Assembly (NCBI GenBank): GCA_951406725.2
Contig: OX597825.1
Span: forward strand, 52,514,001-52,578,000
Source of the DNA: Octopus vulgaris
Lineage: Eukaryota
Reading direction: 5' to 3'
DNA length: 64,000 nt
Under the pieces are notes generated by a model. It saw only the letters and a program-made list of their open reading frames with translations. It was not told where the DNA came from and did not search any database. A program made the position numbers and the translations under genes. Below are positions 1-14,582 of this stretch, in pieces (the first letter of the stretch is position 1; each line of letters opens with the position of its first letter).

Positions 1-1214
1 AAAAGGTTTTGCTGGAGTATTCTCATACTCAAATAAGTCTGATCTGTTGTTGGAGAAATATGGTTTGTTAACTGACAGTAATTTGCTTAAATCATTTTAT
101 GTTTTGTGTATGGAGTTGACTGGATTCTATGACAAGAATATTTTTCAGCATGCTGTACATACAAAGAGAGATGTCTTTAATGAATGGTGACCCAACAAAC
201 TGACAGTTTATGGCAAACTTTAGGTGTTTTTACAAATTCTAACCTTGAGCATGTCTTTTTATTTCTACTTAACTCCTCAAATGTCACTTGAAGTATGTTG
301 AGATAGTGGCTACCAATGATGTTTTATTCTCAATTGTTATATATCATTCACTTACGCAACTTTAAGAAGCTCTTCCTATTTTTATTTTTATATTCTAATC
401 CAAATTGCTTTCAAATACTCATAAAAAAATCAACAATACACAATTTCATATGATAATAACACAAAAATAGAGAATAACTATTAAAAATATTATATAAAAA
501 ATAAAACAAAGATAATGATTCAATTTTAACAAATTTAAAAGTAAAATATCAAATTAAAATTTCAATATCAGAATCAATTTATTTGCAATTTTTGTACTGT
601 TATTTTATTTGCTTTTTGTATATTTTTCTCCCATATTTTCAAAATTGATCATTAAAATTAATTTCAACTGAAATCAAGAAGTGTTGCATTTTTAATGTAA
701 AAGATATGAAAATGGTAAGATGATGACAAAGAATTAGCTGATGATGATGATTTACTAAAAAAAAAGAATGTCAATAAATTCCAGTTAAAAGTCAACATTG
801 ATGAATAAGCAGAATTCAGGAAAATTACATTTAAATAGAAAATATTTAGAAAAGAAAAAATCTTTAGATAATTAAAAACATTATATCTAAATACCAATTA
901 ACAGATATAGAAGAGTTAGGAATGTCTGATAATGAGAGATAGTGGTCAGTAAGTTTAACCGGACAACACTAAGTGATAAAACCTGATTAAACAGAGGTTC
1001 TATGGTACCTGTGTATAGTATAAAAAATAGTGCAGGATGCATGGTTAAAAGAGCAACAGACTTGTAGGATTTAATTATGTTCTCTTATGTTCTATGTAGC
1101 AGCTAGCTATCAGGCTGGTTATAATCAAGTATGCTGTTTCTCTAAAGGTGTAACTGTGCCTAAATTAGAAATTAGGATAAATTTTATCTTCTTGGATGAA
1201 GAAGGTGTCAATCA

Positions 1215-1358
1215 AATACTGGGTACTGATGCTTGCACATTAGAAATCCTTTTCTCACAAATTGCAGCCACATATAAACTGAGTGACCTGGGGTCATTTA
1301 GCAAGTGGCCTTGCTTCCAAGCTGACTTCAGGCCACAAACATTCACAATAAATATGTT
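1215..1358 (-). pseudogene. Decayed non-LTR retrotransposon APE endonuclease N-terminus (L1/Tx1-like)
   Basis: Minus-strand translation NIFIVNVCGLKSAWKQGHLLNDPRSLSLYVAAICEKRI resembles APE motifs I (NVxGL) and II (xxxxET); a stop follows. Confidence 0.5.
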
Positions 1359-1622
1359 TGTCAAAATATCATTACAAGTAGAAATTTCGTATTAATGAAA
1401 GAGAAATATGGATGTGGCTCATTGATTCTCTGGTCTCTGATTAAGGGGTTTTGCATTTATAAATTCCACATTTTTCTTTCAGTGCCAGTGTTTAGTTGCA
1501 GAAGTAATACCTTGTGTACTTCTGGAGACTGTGATGCTTTTCATTTATCAAAATTGATTCCAAAACAACCTATTTTGTCCAATCTGTTGTCAAAGGATTC
1601 ACAGGGTCTCTTTCCATGAAAC

Positions 1623-1718
1623 TTAACATCCAAGTACCATCCTCAAAATCCTCAGTGTCCCCAGTAAAACAGTTTTCTGAATATGTTCTACCCTCATGTC
1701 TATCCCAATTTCTTGAGA
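1623..1718 (-). mobile_element. Dong/R4-clade LINE extreme C-terminal fragment
   Basis: Minus frame SQEIGIDMRVEHIQKTVLLGTLRILRMVLGC*, homologous to IGAAIRVEHLQKTALLG of the Dong/R4 copy near 47545-47600. Confidence 0.7.
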
Positions 1719-2430
1719 AATGGTAAAGTCGATAAACTATTAGATGATATGTGTGATGAAGTATAGGAGTTGTAATCTGCCTTAGTTTGGGATATAATAT
1801 GGCTTCAGTTTACATATCTATGAGTCAGATGGTAACAGAGTAACCTTAGTATGTTACTGGTTATAGACCACACATATCTTGAGCATTGTGTGTATCTCAT
1901 CCAGGGAAACATTTATTTTATATGTTTTGTTTTTGGTTTGATGGGAGGGATTGTACTCTGGGTCTTTGCTGACCCACCAAGATCAAGCACTTAGAGATCC
2001 AGAAAGAGATACCCAATATATAATCATTCTCAAGAAATACAAACAGATTAAGAATGTTAGCTAGTCAAATATTGTGGAGATTGAGGGTAAATTTGCGGGA
2101 GGTGTCATTTTAAAGGAGAAAGAAATTCTCAAATATTTAATTATATGTTTCTCATTTAATATAGTCTTACTTCCTTATATTATGTGGAATTTTGATGGAG
2201 AGCTGTCTACAAGATCTTTCCATCTATTGTCTTGTTACTGCTCCGACAGTAGCACTTCATGGCACTGAGGAATGGCAGGTTAAGAAATGATGAAGATGAT
2301 GATGATGATTACCATAACTTGTCAATGTCAAAGATAGATGAAATTCTATAAAAAGCAATTTTTAATTATGTCTCCAAGTTATGATAAGGTATTTTATGGT
2401 ATTTAAGTGTCAGCTGTCATCTTTTATCAG

Positions 2431-2431
<1 letters not shown>

Positions 2432-2488
<57 letters not shown>
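2432..2488. repeat. (TAT)n microsatellite
   Basis: About 19 perfect ATT units; source of the poly-Y and poly-I ORFs. Confidence 0.95.
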
Positions 2489-2676
2489 GTTCCTGCTTTA
2501 GAGTTTTTATTTGTTATTTTTTGCTTGAGATTTTTTTTTATGTAGCTCTTGCCAAATATATTGGTAACTGCTGCTGCTGTGTATATAACCATTCTCCTAT
2601 TGTACTGTAGCTGACCTTCCTGTTAATCACTGCTAACATCTAATATATACATGTGCATGCACACGCACACCCCCAT

Positions 2677-2678
<2 letters not shown>

Positions 2679-2733
<55 letters not shown>
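2679..2733. repeat. (CA)n microsatellite
   Basis: Seen directly. Confidence 0.95.
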
Positions 2734-2735
<2 letters not shown>

Positions 2736-4049
2736 AGACAGTGGTCCATATACATAAATCAGACAGATATCTTATTTTGACATGGAAAGAAACTAAGTCC
2801 TGAATAAGTAATGTATGATAAAATGGTACAGAAGAGTTTACAGGAATTCTTGTGAGTAATCATGCGGTATCCACTTACAACACACACACACACACACACA
2901 CTACCAATGCATACATCAATGCTTAAGTAAAAGTGATCAACAATGAATGGTTGTTAAATAAGCAGATCTGTGTTTGTATTTTCTGTTGTAGCTAGGTAAA
3001 ATGGGGAAAATGTGTATGAGCATGTTTGTTAGTGCAGTGTAGTCAAATTGTTAGGTTCACTTAGCAATCATTTGGCCTTGATTTCAATTCTGATACGTTG
3101 CATCTTGAACAAATGTAACTTTTATAGCCTCAGCTCAGTCCATATCTTTAGAGTGAAAGTGGGTTGGCAGGAACTGTACAAAAGCCTGTTGGATGGATTA
3201 CATCTGGAATTGAAGGGTCCACCCTTCTTGTCACACTGTGTGACATGCACTAATTCTGCCTCAGAATTAATTTGAGATTACCTAAAAACTATTTTCTCTA
3301 CACACATCACCAATATCATTTAATGAACAGCTTCGAAGCATTGACAGGATTTGATATGCTACAGGCTTGCTCTGTGCTCCAATGATTCCTTCCTATAACT
3401 GGACGCTCTCTTTAATGTCATCCTTCATACTTTGTGCATGACACTAACACTAATGAGATCACATTGAAGCTTGCAACAATAAGAGCCCAAAGGGATCTCT
3501 TTAACCAAAGGAAAATAGAAGGATGGTTCCATGATTCTAGACGGGATAACAAAGGAGAGCAAAGGAAGATGTGAGGAACAAATTTGTAACAATAAGAGAG
3601 GTCGTATTGGAGAGAGTAATAGAGTAGGCACTATTAGGAGAGGCATTTTGGCAGAGAAAAGAGGAAAAGGAAGTGATTAGTGTCAGAAATTAGTGAGAAA
3701 GGAAGGGATAGAAAGGAAAGGCAAATTGAGATGGGTAGGGCTGGGCTATCCCATATTACAAAGGTATGAAACTGTGAGGGAGAGAGGATGAGAAAAGAAG
3801 AAATAGATGAAGGGGATGATAATACAGAAGAGAGGCACTGGAGGAAAAAACAAGTGCAGGGATTATGGAGTATATCAGAGGGGGAGGTACAAGATGAGCT
3901 GTTGAGAAGATAGAGATGTGGAGAAAGGAAAAAATAAAGTAGAAAACAAATTTGGCTGAATCAGTAAATTTAGATAACAACACAACAGAAATAGTCACAG
4001 AGACAAAAACATAATGAAAACATACAAAAAAGGAAATGGAGAGACAACC

Positions 4050-4715
4050 ACTCTACAGCCAATACACAACAAAGTTCAGCAGAGAGGGTTAATATTAAAA
4101 ATGGTTCAAAATTTCTGGCTAAAATCAGAAATGGAAGGGTTGATTCTCCCTGTGCAAGATCAGTGTCTGGCAACAAACAATTTTAAGAGCAAGATAATGA
4201 AAACAGATCCTAACACCAAATACAGATTGTGCCATCAGCACCATAATATTGTTGACTGCATCATTTCTGGTTGCCCATTGCATGTCAAATCTGAACATCT
4301 ACACAGATATAATTGAGTGAGTAGCTGTATCCACTGGATAATATGCCAACATTTCAAAATGAAAGGAGACAAAAAGTACAAAAATTTACCAAACATGATA
4401 TATGACATGAAGTTGAAGACAGTCATCTGGAATGCACATGTGGAAATTGAGAGAGAAATGAAGGCAAACTAAACATTATCAAAGAGAGGAAAATAGAAAC
4501 CCTGCCTAAAAAGAAGTTGAAAGAAAACTATCAAAATCCAAGGATCTTGATATCAAAATATTCAAGAAGTAGGGGATGAAGGTAAAAATGGTGCCACTAA
4601 TAATTGAAGCATTAAGCATCATATAAAACATAGAAGACATTCGATGGCTCACAACACTACACACAGTCAAAGAACAATTCTGCTAGTTTCAGTTCATATG
4701 CTGCGCAAGACATTT
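4050..4715 (+). mobile_element. Dong/R4-clade LINE 3' fragment (zinc knuckle plus decayed restriction-like endonuclease)
   Basis: ORF 4014-4316 contains LKSEMEGLILPVQDQCLATNNF...YRLCHQHHNIVDCIISGCP...HRYN, matching the decayed CCHC region of the copy near 50580-50790; frameshifted downstream. Confidence 0.8.
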
Positions 4716-6569
4716 TTGATTCATTAGCTCAGCCCTATCTTCACAACATAGACTTTATTCACAACACACTCCCTATGTAATAAACACCCAATCATGTGAA
4801 GCAACTCCTGCAGCATATACTCTCCAAGATTTATAGCCAATAAAATAAAACAACTCACATTACATGCAATGGAACAAATACTAATATAACACACACACAA
4901 AAATGAATAACAAGTGAAAATCCATAACAATCAAACAATCTGAGGCAGAACATTATGTGTGTGTGTGTAAAATGTGCAGTCTATAAGGAAGTGTCTATGC
5001 TTCTCCAACCCCAACAAAAGATAAAATACACAATGCTGCATATACACACTGGGAACAAGGTGAAATATATGGTGCAGTGAAAAAAATCACCTGAAACCGT
5101 CAAAAAAAAAAACTGTCAAAAAAGAGAAAATAATAGTAGTCATCATTGTTATCATCATTATCTTTATTAGTATTTGTAAAGAATCTAAGTAGATTTTTAG
5201 ATGACATTTTCCTCTCCTACTTTCAAAGAAAATTCATTAATGAAATGAATGTTTATTTCTTTCAGAATGAAAATCAAAATAGAACAATTTATAAATCTGT
5301 CTTATAATTTCCAGAGAATTTTAAAGTACTCAGTATTTGAGAGATTTTCTCAAGTGTGGCTTGCCTAATGTTTTTATAGAAAGGATTCTTTTAAAAGTTA
5401 TTCCAAGACAATGGTTTAAGAAATTTGTTTTTCTATTAAAATTACAAATTGTTGAAAAGTATTTTCATATAAGAATGTACTCCATATCATGTTCTTCTCA
5501 TACTAATTAATAATTACATACCATTAGATTATATATATTGGTTCATGGGTATTGAATATTATACAAACAATAAACACGTAAAAACTAAAATACAATAAAA
5601 CTAGTACTTGTCTCAAAACAACAGTTAATAAAGTACACTAAAAAATATATCTCATAAACAGAGAGATGATGATTCCCAGTAGTTTAGAACAGATACAAGT
5701 GATTGATCTTACATCTGCTAAGCATTAAATCAATGCTGAATCTTCTGAAAGTCATCACATCTAACAGATGTCCATACTGAAGCTACTGATGATCATTTCA
5801 GCTACAAGATGTCCATATTAAAAAAGTTGTTTTTAATTATTCTTTATAACAATGTTGTTCTCCATTAAATTTTACTAAATGATTGCTGTAGTTTCTGCCT
5901 CTCATATCCATTTAGATTCACTAGCAATGTTGCTCATGAAATAAGACAATACACTTTTTTTTATTGCTTAATGAAAGGTGGGTGAAGAAAATCTTCATGA
6001 CTCTATAAAAATTATCCATAGCTGGTAAGAGGAAGGAAGGGATACTCAGAGTAGAGACATTTCCTGAATACTTGCAACTCTGCTAAAAGTACACAAGGAC
6101 CAGGTGATGATGTTAAACTGAGAAAACAGATTAAGTCTAACTCTGCTCCACCATCATCAAAATATGAGAAAAGAAAGGAAAAGAAAAAGGAACAGGAATG
6201 TGCCCTTTGATAAACTTCCATTACCAAGACTTTGGCCAACAGTTGTAGACTCAGGCCCAAGAACTCACACAGAAGGGTTAAACTTAAAACAATGTAGGTG
6301 TGAATTAAACATTTAAGGTACAAGGACAATGTATGTCTTTACACAATATTTAGATATATTTAAACCACGTTCTGAGAATATGTGGCACTGTGTAGTGACG
6401 TTACTTTGCCTGTAGCTGGAGTCCAATTGAAATATGTAAAAGAGGAATTATTTCAATTGGAATAGAAGCATCACATATAGAATAGTGCATGCCTTAGTAA
6501 CAAATCACTAGGTTACTCAGATATTGATTACCTCTATTTGCTGTAGTATTTAGGGAGCTTCACTTTGAC

Positions 6570-6785
6570 TGGTGAGAAATTACACTGAATAATGATGGAT
6601 GAACACTGAATGATTGGGACTCATTGAGTGAATAATGGAGAGTTACATTGAATGATAATGAATTACATATTAAACAATACAGAAAAACTCATCGAATGAT
6701 GGAGGACTACAAACATTGAATGATGGGTAACTGCTCACTGATTGATGGAGAATTATATTGAATAATGGAAGATTATAATGAGTGT
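6570..6785. repeat. Degenerate ~20-bp minisatellite
   Basis: Repeated ggagaattacattgaatgat-like units, about 10 copies. Confidence 0.6.
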
Positions 6786-8139
6786 TTTACAGTATTTCCT
6801 TTCATCCAACTATGTCTGGAAGTTGAAATAATGTGCATTGTTAATAACAGTGAATTACATATCATTGAGCAACACCTATTTTACAGTTAGAGAGACTTGG
6901 CCACATTGAAAGTAGTTGTTTAAACCTATGTCAGCTACGAGTGAGCAAAAATATGACTAAAAGCCTCATTTTTGCTTCTGTCCTTAACTAATAGAACATT
7001 ATCCAATGCTGCCTTTTGATATTTTTTTTGAAGCTGGTACTGTGTAAGTTAACTAAAATTTGGCTGCTATTTTTTGCAGTTGGAGCATCTCCACAGGGGA
7101 ACCTATCAGGGCTCATTGAGAATTATCTTGCTAACAGGAAATGAACTACTGCCTGTTTTGCTGGTTATGTGGTGTGTTAATGAATCACAAATATTCTGTG
7201 GGTAATTAAAACATCAGTTAAGCCTCTTCCCCTCTGCTATATCTCTGCTGTTATACCAATATACACTGGAAGATCTTTTAAAAACGTTTATATCACTATT
7301 ATTTAATGAAGACTTTCAAATATGTAGAGAAATGGTGCTGTGTAGCCAAACTGATGAGTTTATGAATGTTTTCTTTTGATGTAGAATTTGTTTAAATTGA
7401 AGATCAAGAGAAGCATGTTAAAACCACTTTGATAAAATAATGCAAAATGTGTTCATAGAACTGTTAAAGAATTGGAAGATTGCAGACATTGTATTGTTAT
7501 TTTGTTGTTGCTTTTTTTTTATTTCTATTGGCAGCATTAATCATAGCAAAATATGCTCTAAGGATTTTAAGTGTTCTTTGTTATCCAACTATGGAATCTT
7601 TTATTCAATAAATAGAGCTTAAAAAGTGTAGTATGTCTTGAATGAAATAATAAATGGTAAATTTTTAAGGACATCTGAAAGAATTATTTTAGCTTAGCAG
7701 CATGGGTGATCTGCTGAGGAAATGATGTTTTGAGGTAGAATGTATGTATGTGTGTATATTTCAAGAATATGGCAATCAGAGAGTACTTTACAGAATATGA
7801 AGAGAAGATTGCATATATTTTTCTATGCAACAGTGAGGTATTTTGAATAGATTTCTATGACCAAATCATTGTTACCACACTACCCATGTACTGGGTGGGT
7901 GGGGGGTCGATATGAACCTAAATCAATGAGCTGTTATTAGGGAAACATATCTAGTTAGTTGTGAAAACTTTGAAAGATATTTTTCAGAACAAATTTATCC
8001 TGAAAGGACTTGAAGATGTTGGTGTTTTTTTTTTCCAGTGTTTCTTGATTTTGGAGCCATTTGAAGTGAAAAATGCATGATGCAATATGTTTGTGTGCAA
8101 ATGTGTGTACAAATGTACAGTAAGTAATTTCTGACATCC

Positions 8140-8290
8140 CCTTTTAATGCCTATATTCCATGCTAGCATAAGTTACACAATTCAACAGGACTTCATTGAA
8201 CTTCAGTTTCTGCTTTTGCATGGTTTCTACAGCTAGATGCCCTTCCTTATGCCAACCACTTTAGAAAGTGTAATGGATACATTTTTCATA
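8140..8290 (-). mobile_element. SINE family C / RTE-type 3' tail
   Basis: ggtttctacagctagatgcccttccttatgccaaccact, shared with copies at ~17.7, 23.4, 28.6, 54.8 and 57.2 kb. Confidence 0.65.
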
Positions 8291-9189
8291 GCACTGGTAC
8301 TTTTGAGATGACTGAGTAAATCATAAAACAGGGCCTCTTGATAGAGTGGGAATCCTGTATTGAGGGAGGTGTCTTTGTGCCAAGTGTTCACAGGCTAAAT
8401 TAGGATGGAGGGACAGGAACTACTATCTTTAGCAGAAAAATGAGAAAAGTTGATGGAGATGAAGTGTCAAGGTTTCGCCTCATGGTAAAAATAAAAAGTA
8501 GATAAAGAGAGAATAGGGACAGAAAATCGAGGGTTGCTGGGTGGGTAGGTTTGCAAGAGTGTCACAGGAGAGTGATAAATAGTATATATGAGGATAGAGG
8601 CAAATGCAGTGAATTGTGAACACGGGTAGGAGTATCAGAAATGGGGAATCTCCATTTGGGGGAAGGTAAAGATAATAAGAGAGGGAAAGAGAGGAGAAGG
8701 TGGTTGGTGGCAATACACAAGAAGGGAACTAGGAGTGGAGACTAACAATGTAATAAAGTCATAGATAAATGAAAGATAAGGAGTACGGGAGGGACAGAAA
8801 ATGTACAGAGACAGAGACAATGAGCAGAGGTAAAAATGCATGGATATAGTGAGAGACAAAAGGATGAAGTATTGAGGGCAGCTATGCGAGGGTGTTCAGG
8901 GGAAAGGGACATTCAGTGGAAAATAAGAGGATATGTAATGATGTTCAGTGTAGGATGAGTGGCAAGGAAATTGGTTTAGAGGAGAGGGATATTGGCATCA
9001 CAAAAATGCAAATAGAATATGTGCAGTTCTGGTGTCATATAATTACAACAGCTGAGGAGATTGTAGCATAGATACAAGGCTAAAAGAGAGATGGGTGTTA
9101 CAAAGCATGTTGTGGGAATGGCTTCAGAGACAGTGATTGGGTGCAGGGACATGGCATTAAGGATATACTTTTAGGACCTTTACTATCGG

Positions 9190-9890
9190 GGTGGTTTTTC
9201 TCAAGCACGACGAATTGCCAATCATCTTGGTCCTTTGTCATCTCCTCTGCAAGGCTCAACAACATGTGAATAGTGTCACTACTTTGTCTCAAATCTTCCT
9301 AGGTTTCCCTCTTCCAAGAGTTATATCTGCATTTCCCAGTTGACTCTTCTTTATGCAGCTATCTTCATCCTTATGCATGACATGACCATACCAAAGCAGT
9401 CTTCTGTCTTGAATACCATATCTGATGCTTCTTATGCCCAATTTTTCTCTCAGCACATTTGCAATTTGTTGTACGTACACACTGGTATTGCACATCCAGT
9501 AAACTAGTTTTATTTATTTCTAGTCTTCACATGTCTTCTGCTTTTGTGGCCCAAGTCACACAAGTGTGTAGCATTGCTGTTCATTCACAAGCATCATACA
9601 ATCTACCTTTCACTCCAAGAGAAAGGCCTTTTGTCACAACTGCAGAAATAATTCTCTGAACTTTCTCTTGTCAGTTTTTATTCTAGCAAATATACTTTCA
9701 GAATGTTCTCTGCGTGTATTCTTGGTGTGTTTTGCTCCTATGAATCTGCCTCATATAAAGCCTACTTTTCCAGTTAAATCTTCCTCTGATTTTACTGCAC
9801 CTCTTGAGTGTCCAAAGCTTACACTGTATCAAGTGATGCTATATTGTGATAGTAAGATTTTAGTAAACCAAGCCTGGACAACATACTTAT
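9190..9890 (-). mobile_element. RTE (BovB-like) LINE 3' fragment, decayed
   Basis: Minus ORFs LREKLGIRSIRYGIQDRRLLWYGHVMHKDEDSCIKK...GRGKPRK and LAEEMTKDQDDWQF, a typical RTE C-terminus (RLxWxGHV, RGRP). Confidence 0.8.
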
Positions 9891-9954
9891 TTATTTTGGA
9901 TGTTGATGATAATGATGATAGTAAAGTGTACTAAAGAATATATTGTGCAACAAT

Positions 9955-10245
9955 GTAACTGACACTCGGCTGTTATGATGATGAAGGTTCCAATTGATCC
10001 AATCAGTAGAACAGCCTGCTCATAAAATTGATGTGCAAGTGGCTGTGCACTCCATAGACTTGCATACACTTAATGAAGTTCTTAGGGATATTCAGTGTGA
10101 CACACAATGTGACAAAGCAAGCCCTCTGAAATACAGCTACTACTCATTTTTGCCAGTTGATTGAATTGAAGCAATGAGAAATAAAGTGTCTTGCTCAAGA
10201 ACACAATGCATCACTGAACACCCTAACCACTCAGTCACATATCTT
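9955..10245 (-). mobile_element. tRNA-derived SINE (family D), degraded
   Basis: Minus head gtgactgagtggttagggtgttcag; body aataaagtgtcttgctcaagaacacaa is shared with the SINE at 21625-21945. Confidence 0.6.
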
Positions 10246-11238
10246 CAATACCAGTGTATTTCATGGTAAACACATTAGTGCTCCAATGTCATTTGTGTGA
10301 AGCAAACACACATGTATAGTGCTAATGTACCATGGAATCATTGAATACACTGGTATGTTTGTACAAGTTCGTTATGCAATTTCAGTAGTATGATGTAACC
10401 ACACACACACACACACACACATATCACTAATGTACCAGGGTGCCGGGTTGGCTAATGATGTCAGTGATACAATATATATATATATTTCTGTAGTGTTAAT
10501 ATCAGTATTTCAATAGCATTTATTATCGGGGTGGTGTATATATTCTAGTAATGCTTCACAGATGAGACTGGTTATGATTTAGATCAAACACTTGACATGA
10601 AGTACGTTCTAGGGAATCAGAATAAATGCTGTGAATATTTCATGATAGATTTGAGAAAAGGTTCCTTAGAGATTTGGCTTTTAGCTCTAGCAAATACTAA
10701 GTATCTCATTCTAGTCCTTGTAGAGTGAAAGTAAGGAAAGTAGGCTGGAATTTATGAAGACTATAGGCTTCAACTAGAAGTCTTACCTGAAAGCCTTGCA
10801 CTTGACTTATACAACAGGTCAGCATATATACCACAGGTATAATTTAATAATCATTAACCAGAATGATATTATTATTATTGCTGTTTGTAAATGCTTTAGT
10901 CTTTATTGCTATTTATAATACATATATATACAAATATAACATATATATACATTCTCTCCAAGATCACTGATAATTGCAGAACATACTTAAGTGTTATTTC
11001 ACAGCTGGAAACCTACTTCACTATCAACTACTTTGGCATTAAATAAGAACATCAGGTTTCTGGAATGGTAATATTTCCATAGCAACACACTACCACCAAA
11101 CCATACATACAAATGAGTCTGTGTGTGTGTAAGTATGCATGTATGTATAAACATATAAACACGTGTATATATCTATCTATATCTTTATATATGTATGTAT
11201 ATATATATATATATATATATACACAAAGATATAGATAT

Positions 11239-11270
<32 letters not shown>

Positions 11271-11625
11271 GCACACCTATATGTATGCATATTATTTATT
11301 CGATGTGTTCTGTCAACATATTCATTCAAATCTACATTAAAGACACAAATTTATTTTTCTTTTCTGCCTTGCCTCTAATTCACATATGCCAGCAATATCA
11401 TGCTGAATTCTTCTCCAACATGAAAAATATTCTACCAGTCTTGTATTCTTTAAGTGCTTCTCACTTTATTGAGTTAAGAAACAAAATTATAAAGAAAAAC
11501 TCAAATAAACACTATAAATTAATAATAATAATAATAATCATAATAATAATAATATTAATAATGAATAATGACCAAAATAAAATGGTGAAATGCGATAAAT
11601 TATGATAAACTTTTGTACAACATAG

Positions 11626-11680
<55 letters not shown>

Positions 11681-11703
11681 CAGCTCCTCCAATTTCTTAT
11701 TTG

Positions 11704-11742
<39 letters not shown>

Positions 11743-12489
11743 TACAAGTGCATGCATGTATGTATAATATATATTAAGAGAGAGCAAAGTATAAAAGAAA
11801 TCTTCACAGAAAAAAAGCGTATAAAAAATACTAGCTTGGAAATCTATAGCGACGAACCATTAATAAGGTGTAAATAAAATTAAAAAAAGACAAATAGCAT
11901 AAGTTTAGAGAAATGTTCTTGAAATTTCTTTGAAATATTCTGTTAGCAGCCAAGAGGTTTTAGCATGTTCAAACAACACTGTTGGCAAAATATTTAACCA
12001 AGTTTGCAAAAGAGAAATGTGACAGCCATGTTATTTGAATACAGATTTATTTAGCTAACTTGGATGTCTTCTAAGGAATGGTGCTTCTAACCTTGGGATA
12101 TATGGTTCTCTAATTTCGTTAACTTGGCAGAATTATCGGAAAGAATGAAGGTGATTTGTACAGTGTGACATAGTTGATTGATATATGGTAGCTAATGATT
12201 GAGTTGCATACATTAGCTGGCTGTTTAAGAAGTTGTTTTCATATCTGTGAGGTTTCAGGTTCAGTCCCACAGTACAGCACCTTGGACAATGTAGCCTTAG
12301 GCCATCCAATGAATTGTGAGAGGATATGATAAAAATGAACTATACACAGCCCTTTGTGTGTGCATGAGAATGTTTACATTCTGGAAAGAGCTAAACCACG
12401 GATGATGATGTTTGTTGATATTTCCTCAGCAAAAACATCATCCAGTATGTAGATCTTTATCATCATCCACTTCTTTCAGTCCTTGGGCT

Positions 12490-12653
12490 CTGATCATGAA
12501 AGGGTGCTGCTTTGGAGAGTATTCAATTGAATGGATTAACCCCAGTACTTAATTTTTTAAACATGGGACATATTATATTGGTCACTTTTCCTGAACTGCT
12601 AAGTTATGGGGATGTAAACAAACCAACATCAGTTGTCAAGTGAGGGTGAGGGC

Positions 12654-12731
<78 letters not shown>

Positions 12732-12895
12732 GAGCTTTTTTTTCAGTTTCCATCTTCTGAATCCACTCACAAGGCTTTGGTTGGCCTGAGACTTAAGTAG
12801 AAGACACTTGCCCAAAGTGCCTCACAGTGGGACTGAACTTGGAACCATGTGCTTGGGCACTAATCTTTTTACCACACAGCCATACCTGCACCTAT
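12490..12895 (-). mobile_element. tRNA-derived SINE family B with internal (CA)n
   Basis: Reverse complement of ggtatggctgtgtggtaa...gttcagtcccactg...ttgggcaagtgtcttc, matching 45143-45515; CA array at 12657-12728. Confidence 0.85.
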
Positions 12896-13047
12896 AAGGT
12901 ACCTTCAAAAATGAGAGAAATGAAAACTCCCTAACTCAAAAGAAAGGCAAGGGTTAATGATAGGAACAGCAATTGACCGCAGGACCAATGCCTCAGTAAC
13001 ATGTATTCGTCTAATTAAAAGAAATGAATGTAAAATATACAGGCGAT

Positions 13048-13346
13048 GCCTTGTGAGTGGATTTGGTAGACGGAAACTGATAGAAGCCTGTCGTATATAT
13101 ATGTATATATATATATATATGTGTATGTGTGTGTTTGTGTGTCTGTGCTTGTCCCCCTAGCATTGCTTGACAACCGATGCTGGTGTGTTTACGTCCCCGT
13201 CACTTAGCGGTTCGGCAAAAAAGACCGATAGAATAAGTACTGTGCTTACAAAGAATAAGTCCCGGGGTCGATTTGCTCGACTAAAAGGCGGTGCTCTAGC
13301 ATGGCCGCAGTTAAATGACTGAAACAAGTAAAAGAGTAAAAGAGTA
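13048..13346 (+). mobile_element. SINE family B, 5'-truncated, CpG-retaining (young)
   Basis: gccttgtgagtggatttggtagacggaaactg...gactgaaacaagtaaaagagtaaaagag. Confidence 0.85.
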
Positions 13347-13659
13347 GAGGAAAACAGCCACAAACAATGGGGCAGTTGTTCTATTGGAACTGAGAATGGA
13401 ATTTTTGGTGCATGACAGGGTTAGCAGCATCACAAGAATTTCCTATTTTATAACACAAAAGACTCTACTGTAAAAATTGGAGTTTGCTGAGAGAGGTGAG
13501 AGAGGTATGAAATGGATCATCTTAAACAACTTCGAAGATATTCTAACTCTACATTGAATGAAAATAGAGTAAAATAGAACTAAGTACCTTTTGATATTAT
13601 CCCAGTATTCTTTATCAGTAGAATCCATATTTTGTGCTTAGAGTAGAAAGGATTATTAT

Positions 13660-14547
13660 TTGTTGGTGAGCTGGCAGCAAGTTGCAGAATCATTAGCATG
13701 CCAAACCAAATGTTTAGGCGGCATTTCATTGGTCTTTATATTATTCTGAGTTCAAATTCTGCTGAGGTCAATTGTGCTTTCCATTCTTTGAGGGTCGATA
13801 AATTAAGTACCAGTCAAGGGCTGGGGTTGATGTGATCGACTATCCTCCTCCCTAGAAATTCTAGGTTTTGTGCTTAGAGTAGAAAGGATTATTTTGTTGG
13901 TGAGCTGGCAGAATTGTTAGCATGCTGGACAAAATGCTTAGTGACATTTCCTGTGATTTTTACATTCTGAGTTCAAATTCTGCCAAAGTTGACTTGGCTT
14001 CCATCATTTTGGGGTTGATAAAATAAGTATTAATTAACCCTTTCATTACTGTATTTATTTTGAGATGCTCTGTGTTTCTTTTAATTATTTTAAATATAAC
14101 AAAGAATTTAGTAAAATAACTTAGTTACCATTAAGCTAGTGTTAGGAACATAAATTGTGACTAAGATTTGGTGGAAGATTTTAATTCAAAACGTATGAAA
14201 ACAAGACATTTGTACTACAGAGCCGGTTTCAGCTGGGTTGGTATCGAAAGGGTTAAACACTAGGGTCAATGCAATCGACTCCCCCATTCCCCTGAAATTG
14301 CTGACCTTGCGCCAAAATTTAAAATCATTACCATTGTTCATTGTTATCATTAAGGCAGCTAAATGGCAGAATTGTTAGGACACCAGACAGAATGTTTAAT
14401 GAAATTTTGTTTGTTTTACATTGTGAGTTCAAATGCCACTGATGTCGACTTCACCTTTCAATCTGTCAGGGTTGAGAACTGAGGTCAATGTGACCAATTA
14501 GCCCCCTCCTTCAAAATTTCAGGTTTTACACCTATAGTAGAAAGAAA

Positions 14548-14582
<35 letters not shown>

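Noticed and set aside
3480-3960. Purine-rich strand-biased tracts (also 8430-8990) with hydrophobic minus-strand ORFs
   Set aside because: Decayed GA-rich low-complexity sequence; the L/S/F-rich peptides are a compositional artefact.
11052-11787. ORFs rich in YI/CV/HT repeats here and at 18, 20, 22, 28, 31, 41 and 58 kb
   Set aside because: Translations of (TA)n and (CA)n microsatellites that lack stop codons.
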